Assembly (NCBI GenBank): GCA_031367385.1
Contig: JANLPS010000130.1
Coordinates: 1-25,505, forward strand
Direction of reading: 5' to 3'
DNA: 25,505 bases
DNA from: Archangium sp.
GTDB lineage: Bacteria > Myxococcota > Myxococcia > Myxococcales > Myxococcaceae
Shown here piece by piece: positions 16,874-24,231 of this stretch. Under the pieces are notes generated by a model. That model was not told the DNA's origin. It searched no databases and worked only from the letters and a program-made list of their open reading frames with translations. Both the position numbers and the translations under genes were made by a program. Each line of letters starts with the position of its first letter. Position 1 is the first letter of the stretch.

Positions 16874-18090
16874 TTCACGGCCTCGAGCGCGTCACCCTCG
16901 TTGAGGCCGAGCAGGCCTTCGACCACCACGGGCACTCCGGCGTCGAGGCCGGTCACCAGCACCCAGTCGCCCTCGCGGCTCGAGGGCACGACCGTGATGA
17001 GATCGGCGGTTACACCGCAAGCGACCACCTCACCCTCATCGCCCAGCACGTTGCGCACGGCGCGGGCCTGCACCCAGGTCGCATCGACGGCCTGGCCGAC
17101 CTCGACGTGCGCGAGGCCGTAGGTGCCGACCGGGGGTGGCCGAGAGGCATCGAGGGTCAGCTCGAGGCGAATCACACCGAGGCCCGAGGCGCGGTCGACC
17201 GAGGGAGCGACCACCACGACCTTCGCTTGAATGGTGAGGCCCGGCACCGCGGGGAACGTGATGGTAGCGGCGTCACCCGGGTTGACGCGCATCAGGTCTT
17301 GCACCGGGGCGTCGACCGCGAGCTCGAGGCGAGAGAGGTCAGCCACTTCGACCACCGGGGTGGCGGGAGTGCCATCGACGAGCTCGCCTGACCTGCGGAG
17401 AATGCGCACCACGACGCCAGACAAAGGTGAGCGGAGCAGCGTGCGGTCGAGCTGGCGGCGGGCCTGATTCGAGGCCGCGGCGGCGTCGGCTTCGGTGGCC
17501 TTGGCGGCTGCCTCGCGGCTGAGCGCGTCGTCGACTTCTTGGCGGGCGGCGATGCCTTTCTCGTAGACTTTCTGGTTGCGGGCCAGCGTGGTCTGGGCGT
17601 TTTGCCGCTCGGCTTGCGCGCGAGAGAGCGCGGCTTCGGCCTGGCTCATTGCGTCGGTGAGCGTGGCCATTTCGATGTGCGCGACGACTTGGTTTTTGGT
17701 GACCACGTCGCCTTCGCGAACGTCGACGCTGGCCAGACGGCCAGAGACTTGCGGGGCGAGCTGCGCATCGCGGTCGGGCAGAGGGGTGACGGTGCCTCGA
17801 AGGGTCACCGTCGCGGCGTGTGGCCGGGTCGCCGATTCGACGCAGCGCACCTTGCGCGGCGGGGCGTCGGGCTCGGCGGCGGGCTTGCGGCACGACGCGA
17901 CGAGGAGGAGAAGGAGCAGCAGAAGCGGAATAATTCCGTTCCCCCTGAGGGACTCGAAGGGCCTGAGGGTCTGGGAGGCTACGCATCGAACTGGGTGGTT
18001 CGAGTCCCTCACCACGAACGGCGTTGGTCTCGTCACGAACGGCGTTGGTCTCGACACGAACGAACTTGGCATCGGTGCATCACTTCGCAT
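16870..18090 (-). CDS. RND periplasmic adaptor (membrane fusion protein) with an unusually long N-terminal leader
   Basis: Lipoyl-like half motifs (APQVSGRLASVDVREGDVVTK..., LRSPLSGVV), alpha-hairpin and lipobox VASC. ATG 18090 follows a G-rich RBS and overlaps the TolC stop; the start assignment is inferred. Confidence 0.85.
   Translation of the reverse strand: MRSDAPMPSSFVSRPTPFVTRPTPFVVRDSNHPVRCVASQTLRPFESLRGNGIIPLLLLLLLLVASCRKPAAEPDAPPRKVRCVESATRPHAATVTLRGTVTPLPDRDAQLAPQVSGRLASVDVREGDVVTKNQVVAHIEMATLTDAMSQAEAALSRAQAERQNAQTTLARNQKVYEKGIAARQEVDDALSREAAAKATEADAAAASNQARRQLDRTLLRSPLSGVVVRILRRSGELVDGTPATPVVEVADLSRLELAVDAPVQDLMRVNPGDAATITFPAVPGLTIQAKVVVVAPSVDRASGLGVIRLELTLDASRPPPVGTYGLAHVEVGQAVDATWVQARAVRNVLGDEGEVVACGVTADLITVVPSSREGDWVLVTGLDAGVPVVVEGLLGLNEGDALEAVK
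17936..18021. mobile_element. REP-doublet (REPIN-like) palindromic element
   Basis: Inverted 26-bp arms CCGTTCCCCCTGAGGGACTCGAAGGG (17936-17961) and TGGTTCGAGTCCCTCACCACGAACGG (17996-18021; reverse complement CCGTTCGTGGTGAGGGACTCGAACCA), separated by 34 nt. Mobility is inferred. Confidence 0.7.
18013..18062. repeat. 21-bp tandem repeat (about 2.4 copies)
   Basis: CACGAACGGCGTTGGTCTCGT / CACGAACGGCGTTGGTCTCGA / CACGAACG. It encodes the FV(S/T)RPTP repeats on the minus strand. Confidence 0.92.
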
Positions 18091-19267
18091 CACTGCCCCC
18101 TTCGAGATTCACCCCGGCCGCACGCTCGAGATCCGCGACTGCGCGGGCCCAGGTGCTCCTCGCGGTCACCTCGGCGATTCGCGCATCGCTGAGCGCCCGC
18201 TGCGCATCCAACACGCGCAGCACGTCGAGCGTGCCGAGCTGAAACGCCTCGACGGTCAACGAGCGGGCCTCGAGCAGCGCAGGCACCACCGAGGTCGACA
18301 AGCTCTCGAGCTGCACCGCGGCCCCCCGGCTGCGCGCCGCAGCATCGGCGATGGCTGACCGCAAGCGTCGGGCATCGAGCTCAGCATTCATCTCGGCGAT
18401 GTGTTGCAGCGACCGCGCCCGCTGTATCGACGCCCCACGTCGATTGAAGAGCGGCAGGTCAAACGCCACGCCCGCCTGAATATCGGGCCCCGGCAAGGTC
18501 GGGTCGAACGCATTGACGGTGAGCTGCGCGGCGACGATGGGCCACCGCAGCCGCTCCTCGAGCCGCACCCTCGCTTCAGCCGCCACGATGTCAGCCCGGT
18601 CGCGAATCAACACTGGGTGGTTCTCGATCAGCCGTCGCTCTTCAACCGCGGGAGCCATCAAGAACGTCGGCGACCCCGCCGCCTTGAGCTCGCTCACCAC
18701 TGGCCCAAGCAGGGTCGAGAGCCGGGCCGACGCTGCGTGCTCGGTCTCCCGCGCCGCGATGGCATCAGCCTTCGCTCGGTCGCGCTCCCCTCCCGTTCGC
18801 AGCACGTCGAGGCGGGGCCCCTTGCCAGCCTCGTACTTCTCGGCCGCGATGGTCGCAAAGCGCGTCGCATCTTGCGCGGAGCGTTCGAGCAACTCAGCGC
18901 GAGCGCCGGCCTCCCACAGGTCGAGCCAGGCCATCGTCGCGGCCCAGCGAGCATCGCGGGCGGTCACCTCGGTGTCATGCCTGAAGGTCTCGAGGTCGGC
19001 CTCTGCCGCCGCCGCCGCCACTCCGACTTGCCCGAAAATCGGCAGGGGCACGCTGAGGCTGGCGCCGAGCTTGGCCGTCTGTGAAGCAGTGCTCACGCTC
19101 AGGTTCGGGTTGGCCCAGGTGCGAGCGATGCCGACGTCAGCCTGCGCCGTCTCGAGCCGTTGCTGGGCTCTCACCACGTCTGGCGCCGACGAGTTGGCCG
19201 CCGCACGCGCCTCGTGCATCGAGATGCTTTGCCCGAGCACCACGGCGATGACGACCAGGGCGCTCAT
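18080..19267 (-). CDS. TolC family outer membrane efflux protein
   Basis: Signal peptide; NPNLSVS, SVPLPIF, KYEAGK...LDVLR, HP...., FDLPLFNR and AFQLG....L.VLDAQR. Lies upstream of the MFP and RND genes. Confidence 0.92.
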   Translation of the reverse strand: MSALVVIAVVLGQSISMHEARAAANSSAPDVVRAQQRLETAQADVGIARTWANPNLSVSTASQTAKLGASLSVPLPIFGQVGVAAAAAEADLETFRHDTEVTARDARWAATMAWLDLWEAGARAELLERSAQDATRFATIAAEKYEAGKGPRLDVLRTGGERDRAKADAIAARETEHAASARLSTLLGPVVSELKAAGSPTFLMAPAVEERRLIENHPVLIRDRADIVAAEARVRLEERLRWPIVAAQLTVNAFDPTLPGPDIQAGVAFDLPLFNRRGASIQRARSLQHIAEMNAELDARRLRSAIADAAARSRGAAVQLESLSTSVVPALLEARSLTVEAFQLGTLDVLRVLDAQRALSDARIAEVTARSTWARAVADLERAAGVNLEGGSDAK

Positions 19268-20589
19268 GGCTTTCGAGTGACCTCGAAGCGAACCATGTCG
19301 TTTTGCTCGACGGTGACGGTTGCCCCAATGCGCTCGACCGCCGCTTCGACAATCGCCAGCCCCAAGCCGAGGTGGGCCGACGACGTGCGCGCCGGGTCGC
19401 CGCGAAAGAGCCGCTCGAACAACCGAGGCACGGCCTCGGCTGGTATTCGCGGCCCGCTGTCGATGACCGAGAAAAGGAGGCCGTTCTCAGGGCTCGACTC
19501 CACCGCGATCAGGCCATTCGGCTCGGTATACGTCACCGCATTCGAGAGCAGGTTGCTCAGAATCAGCATCACCAGCGCCTGGTCGGCCTCGATGGCCGCC
19601 TTCTCGGGCACACGGTTTTCAAATCGCAGGCCCCGCTTCGACGCTGCGTCGCTCAGCGCAGCCCAGCTCACCTCGACCAGCGGCCTCAGCTCGAACGGCT
19701 GCCAGGCCACCAGCGGAGCCATCGCCTCGACATGCACCAACTCCAGCATGCGCTCGACGATGTGGGTGGTCTGCACCACCACGGCGAGGCAATCGCGCAG
19801 GGTCTCCTGGTACGCGGCAGCCTCGCGCGGAGTGGCCAACCCCACCTCGAGCAACGCCCGCAACCCAGCCAACGGCGTACGCAATTCGTGGCTCAGATCG
19901 CCGCTCACCCGGCGCTCACGCAGAAACGACTGCTCGAGCCGCTGAAGCAGGTCATTGAGCCGCGCCACCAACGGGGTCAGCTCGAGCGGCAGCTGCTCGG
20001 TCTCGAGCCGAACGTCGAGCCGGCCGGCGTCGATGGTGTGCAGCCTGGCGATCAACGTGTCGAGCGGCGAGAGGCTGCGACGAACGGTGATCACCGCGCC
20101 CACCGAGGCCAGCGCGATGACCGCCAGCCCCGAGAGCGCGATGATCAGTCGGAGCCGGGCCAACAGCGCATCAACCTCGTGAGTCGACCGCTCGACCCGA
20201 ACGATGACCTTGCGATTCGAGACCTCCTCCGCAGAGACCTCTTCATCACCCCGCGGGGTGTGCTCGATCGTCACGCTTCGGGTCGGTGCTTGGAGCGGTT
20301 GCTCGAGAACCGATCGGCCCAGCGCGCGGCCATCGTCGAGCCGAACCTCGTACGCCACCAAGCCCCCGCGCAACCGGGGGTTGTCACCTTCGTCGAACTC
20401 CCACGCATCGTTCGGCTTGGGCTCGACCATGCCGGCCAGCGCGTTCGCGTCATCGAGCAGGGTCGCGTCAAGCTCGCGCATCAGCAGCGCTGAGACGGTG
20501 AGGTCGATCGCCACGCCCATCGCCAGCACCGACAAGCCCAGCACGGTCAGCAGCGAGACCGTCAACCGAGCGCTGAGCGAGCGAGTCAC
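19264..20589 (-). CDS. Membrane sensor histidine kinase (CusS/CzcS-like architecture)
   Basis: Two TM segments, HAMP, H-box SHELRTPL, N-box NLLSNAV, DSGP, LFERLFRGD and GLGLAIV. Confidence 0.93.
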   Translation of the reverse strand: MTRSLSARLTVSLLTVLGLSVLAMGVAIDLTVSALLMRELDATLLDDANALAGMVEPKPNDAWEFDEGDNPRLRGGLVAYEVRLDDGRALGRSVLEQPLQAPTRSVTIEHTPRGDEEVSAEEVSNRKVIVRVERSTHEVDALLARLRLIIALSGLAVIALASVGAVITVRRSLSPLDTLIARLHTIDAGRLDVRLETEQLPLELTPLVARLNDLLQRLEQSFLRERRVSGDLSHELRTPLAGLRALLEVGLATPREAAAYQETLRDCLAVVVQTTHIVERMLELVHVEAMAPLVAWQPFELRPLVEVSWAALSDAASKRGLRFENRVPEKAAIEADQALVMLILSNLLSNAVTYTEPNGLIAVESSPENGLLFSVIDSGPRIPAEAVPRLFERLFRGDPARTSSAHLGLGLAIVEAAVERIGATVTVEQNDMVRFEVTRKP

Positions 20590-21254
20590 TCGGCGGTACC
20601 CAAGACGTAGCCCTGGCCACGCCGCGTGTGAATCAGCTTCACGCTCGCCTCGCCGTCGATCTTCCTGCGCAGCGAGGCGATGAAGACGTCGACCACGTTC
20701 GACTCGGGCTTCTCGGTGTAGACGTGCTCGAGCAGCTCGGCCCGGGTCACGATTTGCCCACGTCGCACGGCGAGATACTCGAGCAAAGAATACTCGCGCC
20801 CCGAGAGGTCAATCGACACCCCGGCGCGCTTGACGGTGCGCCCGATGGTGTTCACCTCGAGGTCTTCGATGCGCACGATGCCCTCGACGTTTTGGTAGCG
20901 GCGTCGAATGACCGACCGAACCCGGGCGAGAAACTCCGCCATCTCGAAAGGCTTGAGCAAGTAGTCGTCGGCGCCGAGGTCGAGCCCCTTGACGCGGTCT
21001 TCCACGGCGTCACGGGCGGTGAGCAGCAAGACCCCAACCGTGATTTTTCGCGCTCGCAGCGCGGTGAGTACTTCGAACCCGCTCAATCCTGGGAGCATGA
21101 TGTCGAGCACGACGGCGTCGTACTGCGTCGCGATGGCCGCCTCGAGTGCAGGCAACCCATCGGTGACCACATCAACGACGTACCCCGCCTCACGCAACGC
21201 CTGCGCGGTTGCCTTCGCCAGCGGGGCATAGTCTTCAACCAGGAGGATGCGCAC
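20586..21254 (-). CDS. OmpR-family response regulator
   Basis: RILLVED, VLDIMLP, GLDLGADDYL.KPF, winged-helix SNVVDVFI..LRRKID and IHTRRG.GY. Confidence 0.95.
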   Translation of the reverse strand: MRILLVEDYAPLAKATAQALREAGYVVDVVTDGLPALEAAIATQYDAVVLDIMLPGLSGFEVLTALRARKITVGVLLLTARDAVEDRVKGLDLGADDYLLKPFEMAEFLARVRSVIRRRYQNVEGIVRIEDLEVNTIGRTVKRAGVSIDLSGREYSLLEYLAVRRGQIVTRAELLEHVYTEKPESNVVDVFIASLRRKIDGEASVKLIHTRRGQGYVLGTAE

Positions 21255-21263
21255 AGGGAGCGG

Positions 21264-21584
21264 TCACTTCGAGTCTTTGGCAGCTTCTTTGGCTTCATCG
21301 GCCGCGCTCTCATGTTCAACTGAGAGCACCTTGCCGGTCATCGCGTCGACGGTCACTTCGTCAATGCCGCTCGCGCCGGGCGTCTTCATATCGAACGAGT
21401 AGATCAGAGTGCCCTTCTCTTCTTCGATCTCGGCCTTCACGATTTTGGCTTTCGGCAACTTCAGCTGAGCGGTGGCCATGGCGGCGGTCGAGGTGACCTT
21501 GGCTTTGGCGGCAAGGCCCGGCGACTCTTCTTTGACTTGCAGCTGAGGGGTCGTAGCGATCAGGGCGGCGAGCAGGGTCATCAT
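21264..21584 (-). CDS. PepSY domain secreted protein
   Basis: 106 aa with A...A....P.AKIVKAEIEEEKG.LIYSFD....EVTVDA.TGKVL. RBS AAGGAG upstream. Confidence 0.85.
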   Translation of the reverse strand: MMTLLAALIATTPQLQVKEESPGLAAKAKVTSTAAMATAQLKLPKAKIVKAEIEEEKGTLIYSFDMKTPGASGIDEVTVDAMTGKVLSVEHESAADEAKEAAKDSK

Positions 21585-21627
21585 GTGTGGCTCCTTCGAG
21601 TCGAGCGGAGGGATTAACAGCGATCGA

Positions 21628-21671
21628 CTTATACGAGCTTCAGATTCGCGACGTCTTCACCGGGACTTCAT
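21628..21671 (-). promoter_or_regulatory. Candidate OmpR-family tandem direct-repeat binding site upstream of the efflux operon
   Basis: Minus strand ATGAAG-TCCCG-GTGAAG (TGAAG at an 11-bp period, 21670 and 21659). A further TGAAG at 21642 and TATAAG at 21633 lie in a locally AT-richer intergenic region. Confidence 0.5.
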
Positions 21672-21687
21672 AAACACCTCGAGCCCC

Positions 21688-22578
21688 TCAGGAGGAGCCG
21701 AGGCCTACCGCCCACCCCATCGAGTACCGGGCGTTGATTTCACACCGGGGCTGAAAGTGCGTCGACCCATCGGGGGCACGCCAGCGAAAGGCGTCGAGCC
21801 CAAAAGGGCCGAAGTACCCTGCCGCACCGAGCGCTCGGGCAGTCACCTGCGCTTCGTGAACGAGGGTCTCGCGCTCGGCCGCCGTCAAGTCTGAGGGGCC
21901 CGCGCGCTCACTCGACACCCAGGTGCCAGCCTCGTCGATGATCGATCGCGTTGGCTCGCCCAGCCGCAACGACCCATCGACCGTGACCTCGCCATGCAGC
22001 GCGCAATCGAGCACACGCGTAACGAACGGCTCGACCTGCAGCCCATCACCCGTCTTCAAGGCGGCGTCGATCCACGTTCGGTCTGCCGGGCTCCAGGGCC
22101 CCGAGCCGATTTTCCTGCGGCCGCGCCCTGCGTAGCCGAGCGGCCGCTTCAGCAGCCAGTTTCGCTCGCTCGAGACCCGCTCAAGCACGGGCTCATCACC
22201 CAGCGCCTCACGCAGCGCAGCCTCGGTGTGAACGAAGCGTGCCCCGGGCAAGGCCTGACCCAGATCATTCGAGAATTGCCGGTGATTCACCTTTCGCAGC
22301 ACGGCCGGGTCTGGCGCCTCGGGCACCTCGAGCCCCGCGCGCCGAAGCTGCTCGAGCGCCCACGGCGTCGGGCACCACGCGAGACCGACTCGAGCGTGCT
22401 GGAGCGGCGCGCCCGGGGGCCAGAGCACCTCATCACCAGCCAGCATCAGCGCGGCGAGTTGGGGCATGAGCGACTGCACCCGCGCCCGCATCACGTTGGT
22501 TGGGGTGTGGGGCCCTCCACGGGCCAGCTCGTCTTCAGCGTCGAGGTTGAAGACCCACGCGACGCGCCCGCGGCTCAC
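21688..22578 (-). CDS. ATP-grasp-like protein of unknown function
   Basis: Likely GTG 22578 start, GTGA-coupled to DUF455. Motifs RKVNHRQF, WLLKRPLGYAGRG, LQVEPFV, YFGPFGLDAF and CEINARYSMG match the ATP-grasp Lys/Gly loop, the E-x-(F/Y) motif and the E-x-N motif. Confidence 0.75.
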   Translation of the reverse strand: MSRGRVAWVFNLDAEDELARGGPHTPTNVMRARVQSLMPQLAALMLAGDEVLWPPGAPLQHARVGLAWCPTPWALEQLRRAGLEVPEAPDPAVLRKVNHRQFSNDLGQALPGARFVHTEAALREALGDEPVLERVSSERNWLLKRPLGYAGRGRRKIGSGPWSPADRTWIDAALKTGDGLQVEPFVTRVLDCALHGEVTVDGSLRLGEPTRSIIDEAGTWVSSERAGPSDLTAAERETLVHEAQVTARALGAAGYFGPFGLDAFRWRAPDGSTHFQPRCEINARYSMGWAVGLGSS

Positions 22579-23408
22579 TTCTGGCCCGCGGGCCCAGCGT
22601 CCCACCCGGCGAGGGCGTCGAGAAACTCCGGGGCAAACCCGGCCTTCAAGCGTGCCTCGACATTGAGCGGAGTGCCCCGAGCCATCGCCGGGCTGATCGG
22701 CGCCGGCAAGTACTGCCGCCAGGTCTCGAACGCCACGTCACCGGTCAGCTCGCGAAACCAATGCAGCGCGAACGCCGCGTGCGGCACTTCTTCTTCGACG
22801 ATCTGCGCCTGAATCTCGGCCGCGCGGGCATCACCGGCAGCCGCGAACGCCGCAGTGTAGCGCGCTCCATGATCGAGGTTGGCGCCTTCGAAGGCGATGC
22901 CCAGTCGGGCCAGAAAATGCGCCGCGGTGGGAGCCTGATCAGCGTCTGCGCGCGACGAGGCGGGCACCCGCTTCCAAAACCAGTCGTTGACGGTAAAGGT
23001 CCCAAAGGGGTGACCGAGTGTCTCGAGGTGGTCGCGATACAGCTGCAGGTGCCGAATCTCATCGCGGCACAGCGAGAGCAGCCCCCGCCGAAACGACACC
23101 GGAGTGGAAGGAAACGCCAGGATCGCCCACGCCATCAACTCAGCCGCCTGCAGCTCGTGGTGCAAGAACGTGTGAATCACTTCAGCCCGACGGGCCGTCA
23201 GCTGCACCTTGGGCGTCTTCTTCTTCTTCTCCCGCGCCACCAGCTGGGGTGGCCGCCCGGGAGCAGCGATCAGGTGCGGCTCACTCGGGTGACTCCACTG
23301 CGTCGGCGGCGGGGGCGGCGCGAGCTTCTGCGCGAGGTCGGTCGAGCAGATGAAGTCCCATGCCCATCGCTCGACGGTACCCGCTGGGAGTGGTGGTTGC
23401 GCCGACAT
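22575..23408 (-). CDS. DUF455 family ferritin-like di-iron protein
   Basis: PGRP, H.F.HHELQA.EL..WA...FP, DEIRH, FEGANLD and EEVPH...A..WF together give two E...ExxH ligand sets. Confidence 0.88.
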   Translation of the reverse strand: MSAQPPLPAGTVERWAWDFICSTDLAQKLAPPPPPTQWSHPSEPHLIAAPGRPPQLVAREKKKKTPKVQLTARRAEVIHTFLHHELQAAELMAWAILAFPSTPVSFRRGLLSLCRDEIRHLQLYRDHLETLGHPFGTFTVNDWFWKRVPASSRADADQAPTAAHFLARLGIAFEGANLDHGARYTAAFAAAGDARAAEIQAQIVEEEVPHAAFALHWFRELTGDVAFETWRQYLPAPISPAMARGTPLNVEARLKAGFAPEFLDALAGWDAGPAGQK

Positions 23409-23459
23409 TCGGTTCTGAACTATCGCAGACCGCGAGAAGGTGCACGACGAACGCCCTGT

Positions 23460-23843
23460 TCAGGCGACGTGCTTCGTCGGCAGCCCGAAGTACGTCTTCG
23501 CGAACGCCACCAGCTGCTTGTCGGTGGGGTGATCGACCGTCTCGACACCCGCCACCCTGCGCTCGGTGGCCTGATCGTGGGTGTGCAGGTACCGCAAGAA
23601 GTCGAGCTTCGCGGTCGAGGGCCCGACCACCAGAATCGCCTCGGTGCCGGCGACCGACTTGGAGATCTCAGTGAAAAACCGCTTTGCATCATCGGGGTGG
23701 GCCTTCTCGTTCTCCTGCCCCCTCGGGTGCTTGTGGTGAGTCTTCTCTGAGGCCGCCAGAAACGTGGCCTCCTCGGCCTTCTCGGGGTCGATGTGAAAGA
23801 CCCGCGCTTCTCGGTGGTCGAGCCAAATCGCGAGGTGCCCCAT
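23460..23843 (-). CDS. Small baeRF/host-attachment-like ('translational machinery') protein
   Basis: 127 aa with AIWLDHREARVF, FF.EI...V......ILVVGP..AK..F..YL and GVETVDHPTD.QLVA.A..YF. The pattern fits a stand-alone eRF1 middle-domain-like fold. Confidence 0.7.
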   Translation of the reverse strand: MGHLAIWLDHREARVFHIDPEKAEEATFLAASEKTHHKHPRGQENEKAHPDDAKRFFTEISKSVAGTEAILVVGPSTAKLDFLRYLHTHDQATERRVAGVETVDHPTDKQLVAFAKTYFGLPTKHVA

Positions 23844-24106
23844 CAGTTCGTACCGACCAGGGTGGTGAGAATCGTCGCCCAGGTGGCGGGCAGCACGACG
23901 CGCTTGGGCAGCGCACGGCCGATGCTGACCGTGGCGCCTCCCGCCTTCATCACGCCCTTGGCGAGCTGTTCGAGGTCGAGGTACTCCTCTCCATCGGCGA
24001 GGCTGGCAGCCGTCTCGGCGTTGCTGACCTTCGCGGTCTCTTCATCAGAAAGCAGCGCCATCACGCGCGCTCGTTGGGTCATGCTCGTCTTGGTCTCAGT
24101 GGTCAT
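23843..24106 (-). CDS. Small hypothetical protein (87 aa)
   Basis: ATG 24106; R..VMALLSDEETAKVSNAETAASLADGEEYLDLEQL. GC3-rich codons and a TGATG overlap with the downstream gene. Confidence 0.7.
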   Translation of the reverse strand: MTTETKTSMTQRARVMALLSDEETAKVSNAETAASLADGEEYLDLEQLAKGVMKAGGATVSIGRALPKRVVLPATWATILTTLVGTN

Positions 24107-24119
24107 GACGGTTCGACGA

Positions 24120-24135
24120 TGCACCTGCCGAGCCA
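24120..24135 (-). promoter_or_regulatory. Candidate sigma54 promoter for the 24106/23843 genes
   Basis: Minus strand TGGCTCGGCAGGTGCA has GG-N10-GC spacing and is close to the consensus TGGCACG-N4-TTGCA. Confidence 0.6.
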
Positions 24136-24144
24136 CACCCAAAA

Positions 24145-24159
24145 ACGCAAAGTTTGCGT
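24145..24159. promoter_or_regulatory. Palindromic candidate activator-binding site
   Basis: ACGCAAA-G-TTTGCGT, a perfect 7-bp inverted repeat in the divergent intergenic region. Confidence 0.55.
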
Positions 24160-24203
24160 CGCCTCTGAAGCCCCACCTCGCACTGAACCTGGGAGCGGCC
24201 GCG

Positions 24204-24219
24204 CGGGCTCGGCCTTGCA
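24204..24219 (+). promoter_or_regulatory. Candidate sigma54 promoter for the BON gene
   Basis: CGGGCTCGGCCTTGCA has GG-N10-GC spacing, a perfect TTGCA -12 element and a weak -24 element. Confidence 0.4.
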
Positions 24220-24231
24220 CAGAGGGAAGTC

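Noticed and set aside
17990..18016. tRNA T-arm-like GGTTCGAGTCCC followed by ACCA
   Set aside because: The T-stem does not pair fully and no acceptor, D or anticodon arms can be built. The motif is explained as one arm of the inverted repeat.
15258..20493. Long plus-strand ORFs (389, 441, 396 aa and others) opposite the efflux operon
   Set aside because: These are typical antisense shadow ORFs of GC-rich coding DNA and contain no recognisable motifs.
13853..21254. Assigning cusABCRS or czcABCRS gene symbols
   Set aside because: The architecture is similar, but I could not verify metal-binding signatures or orthology.
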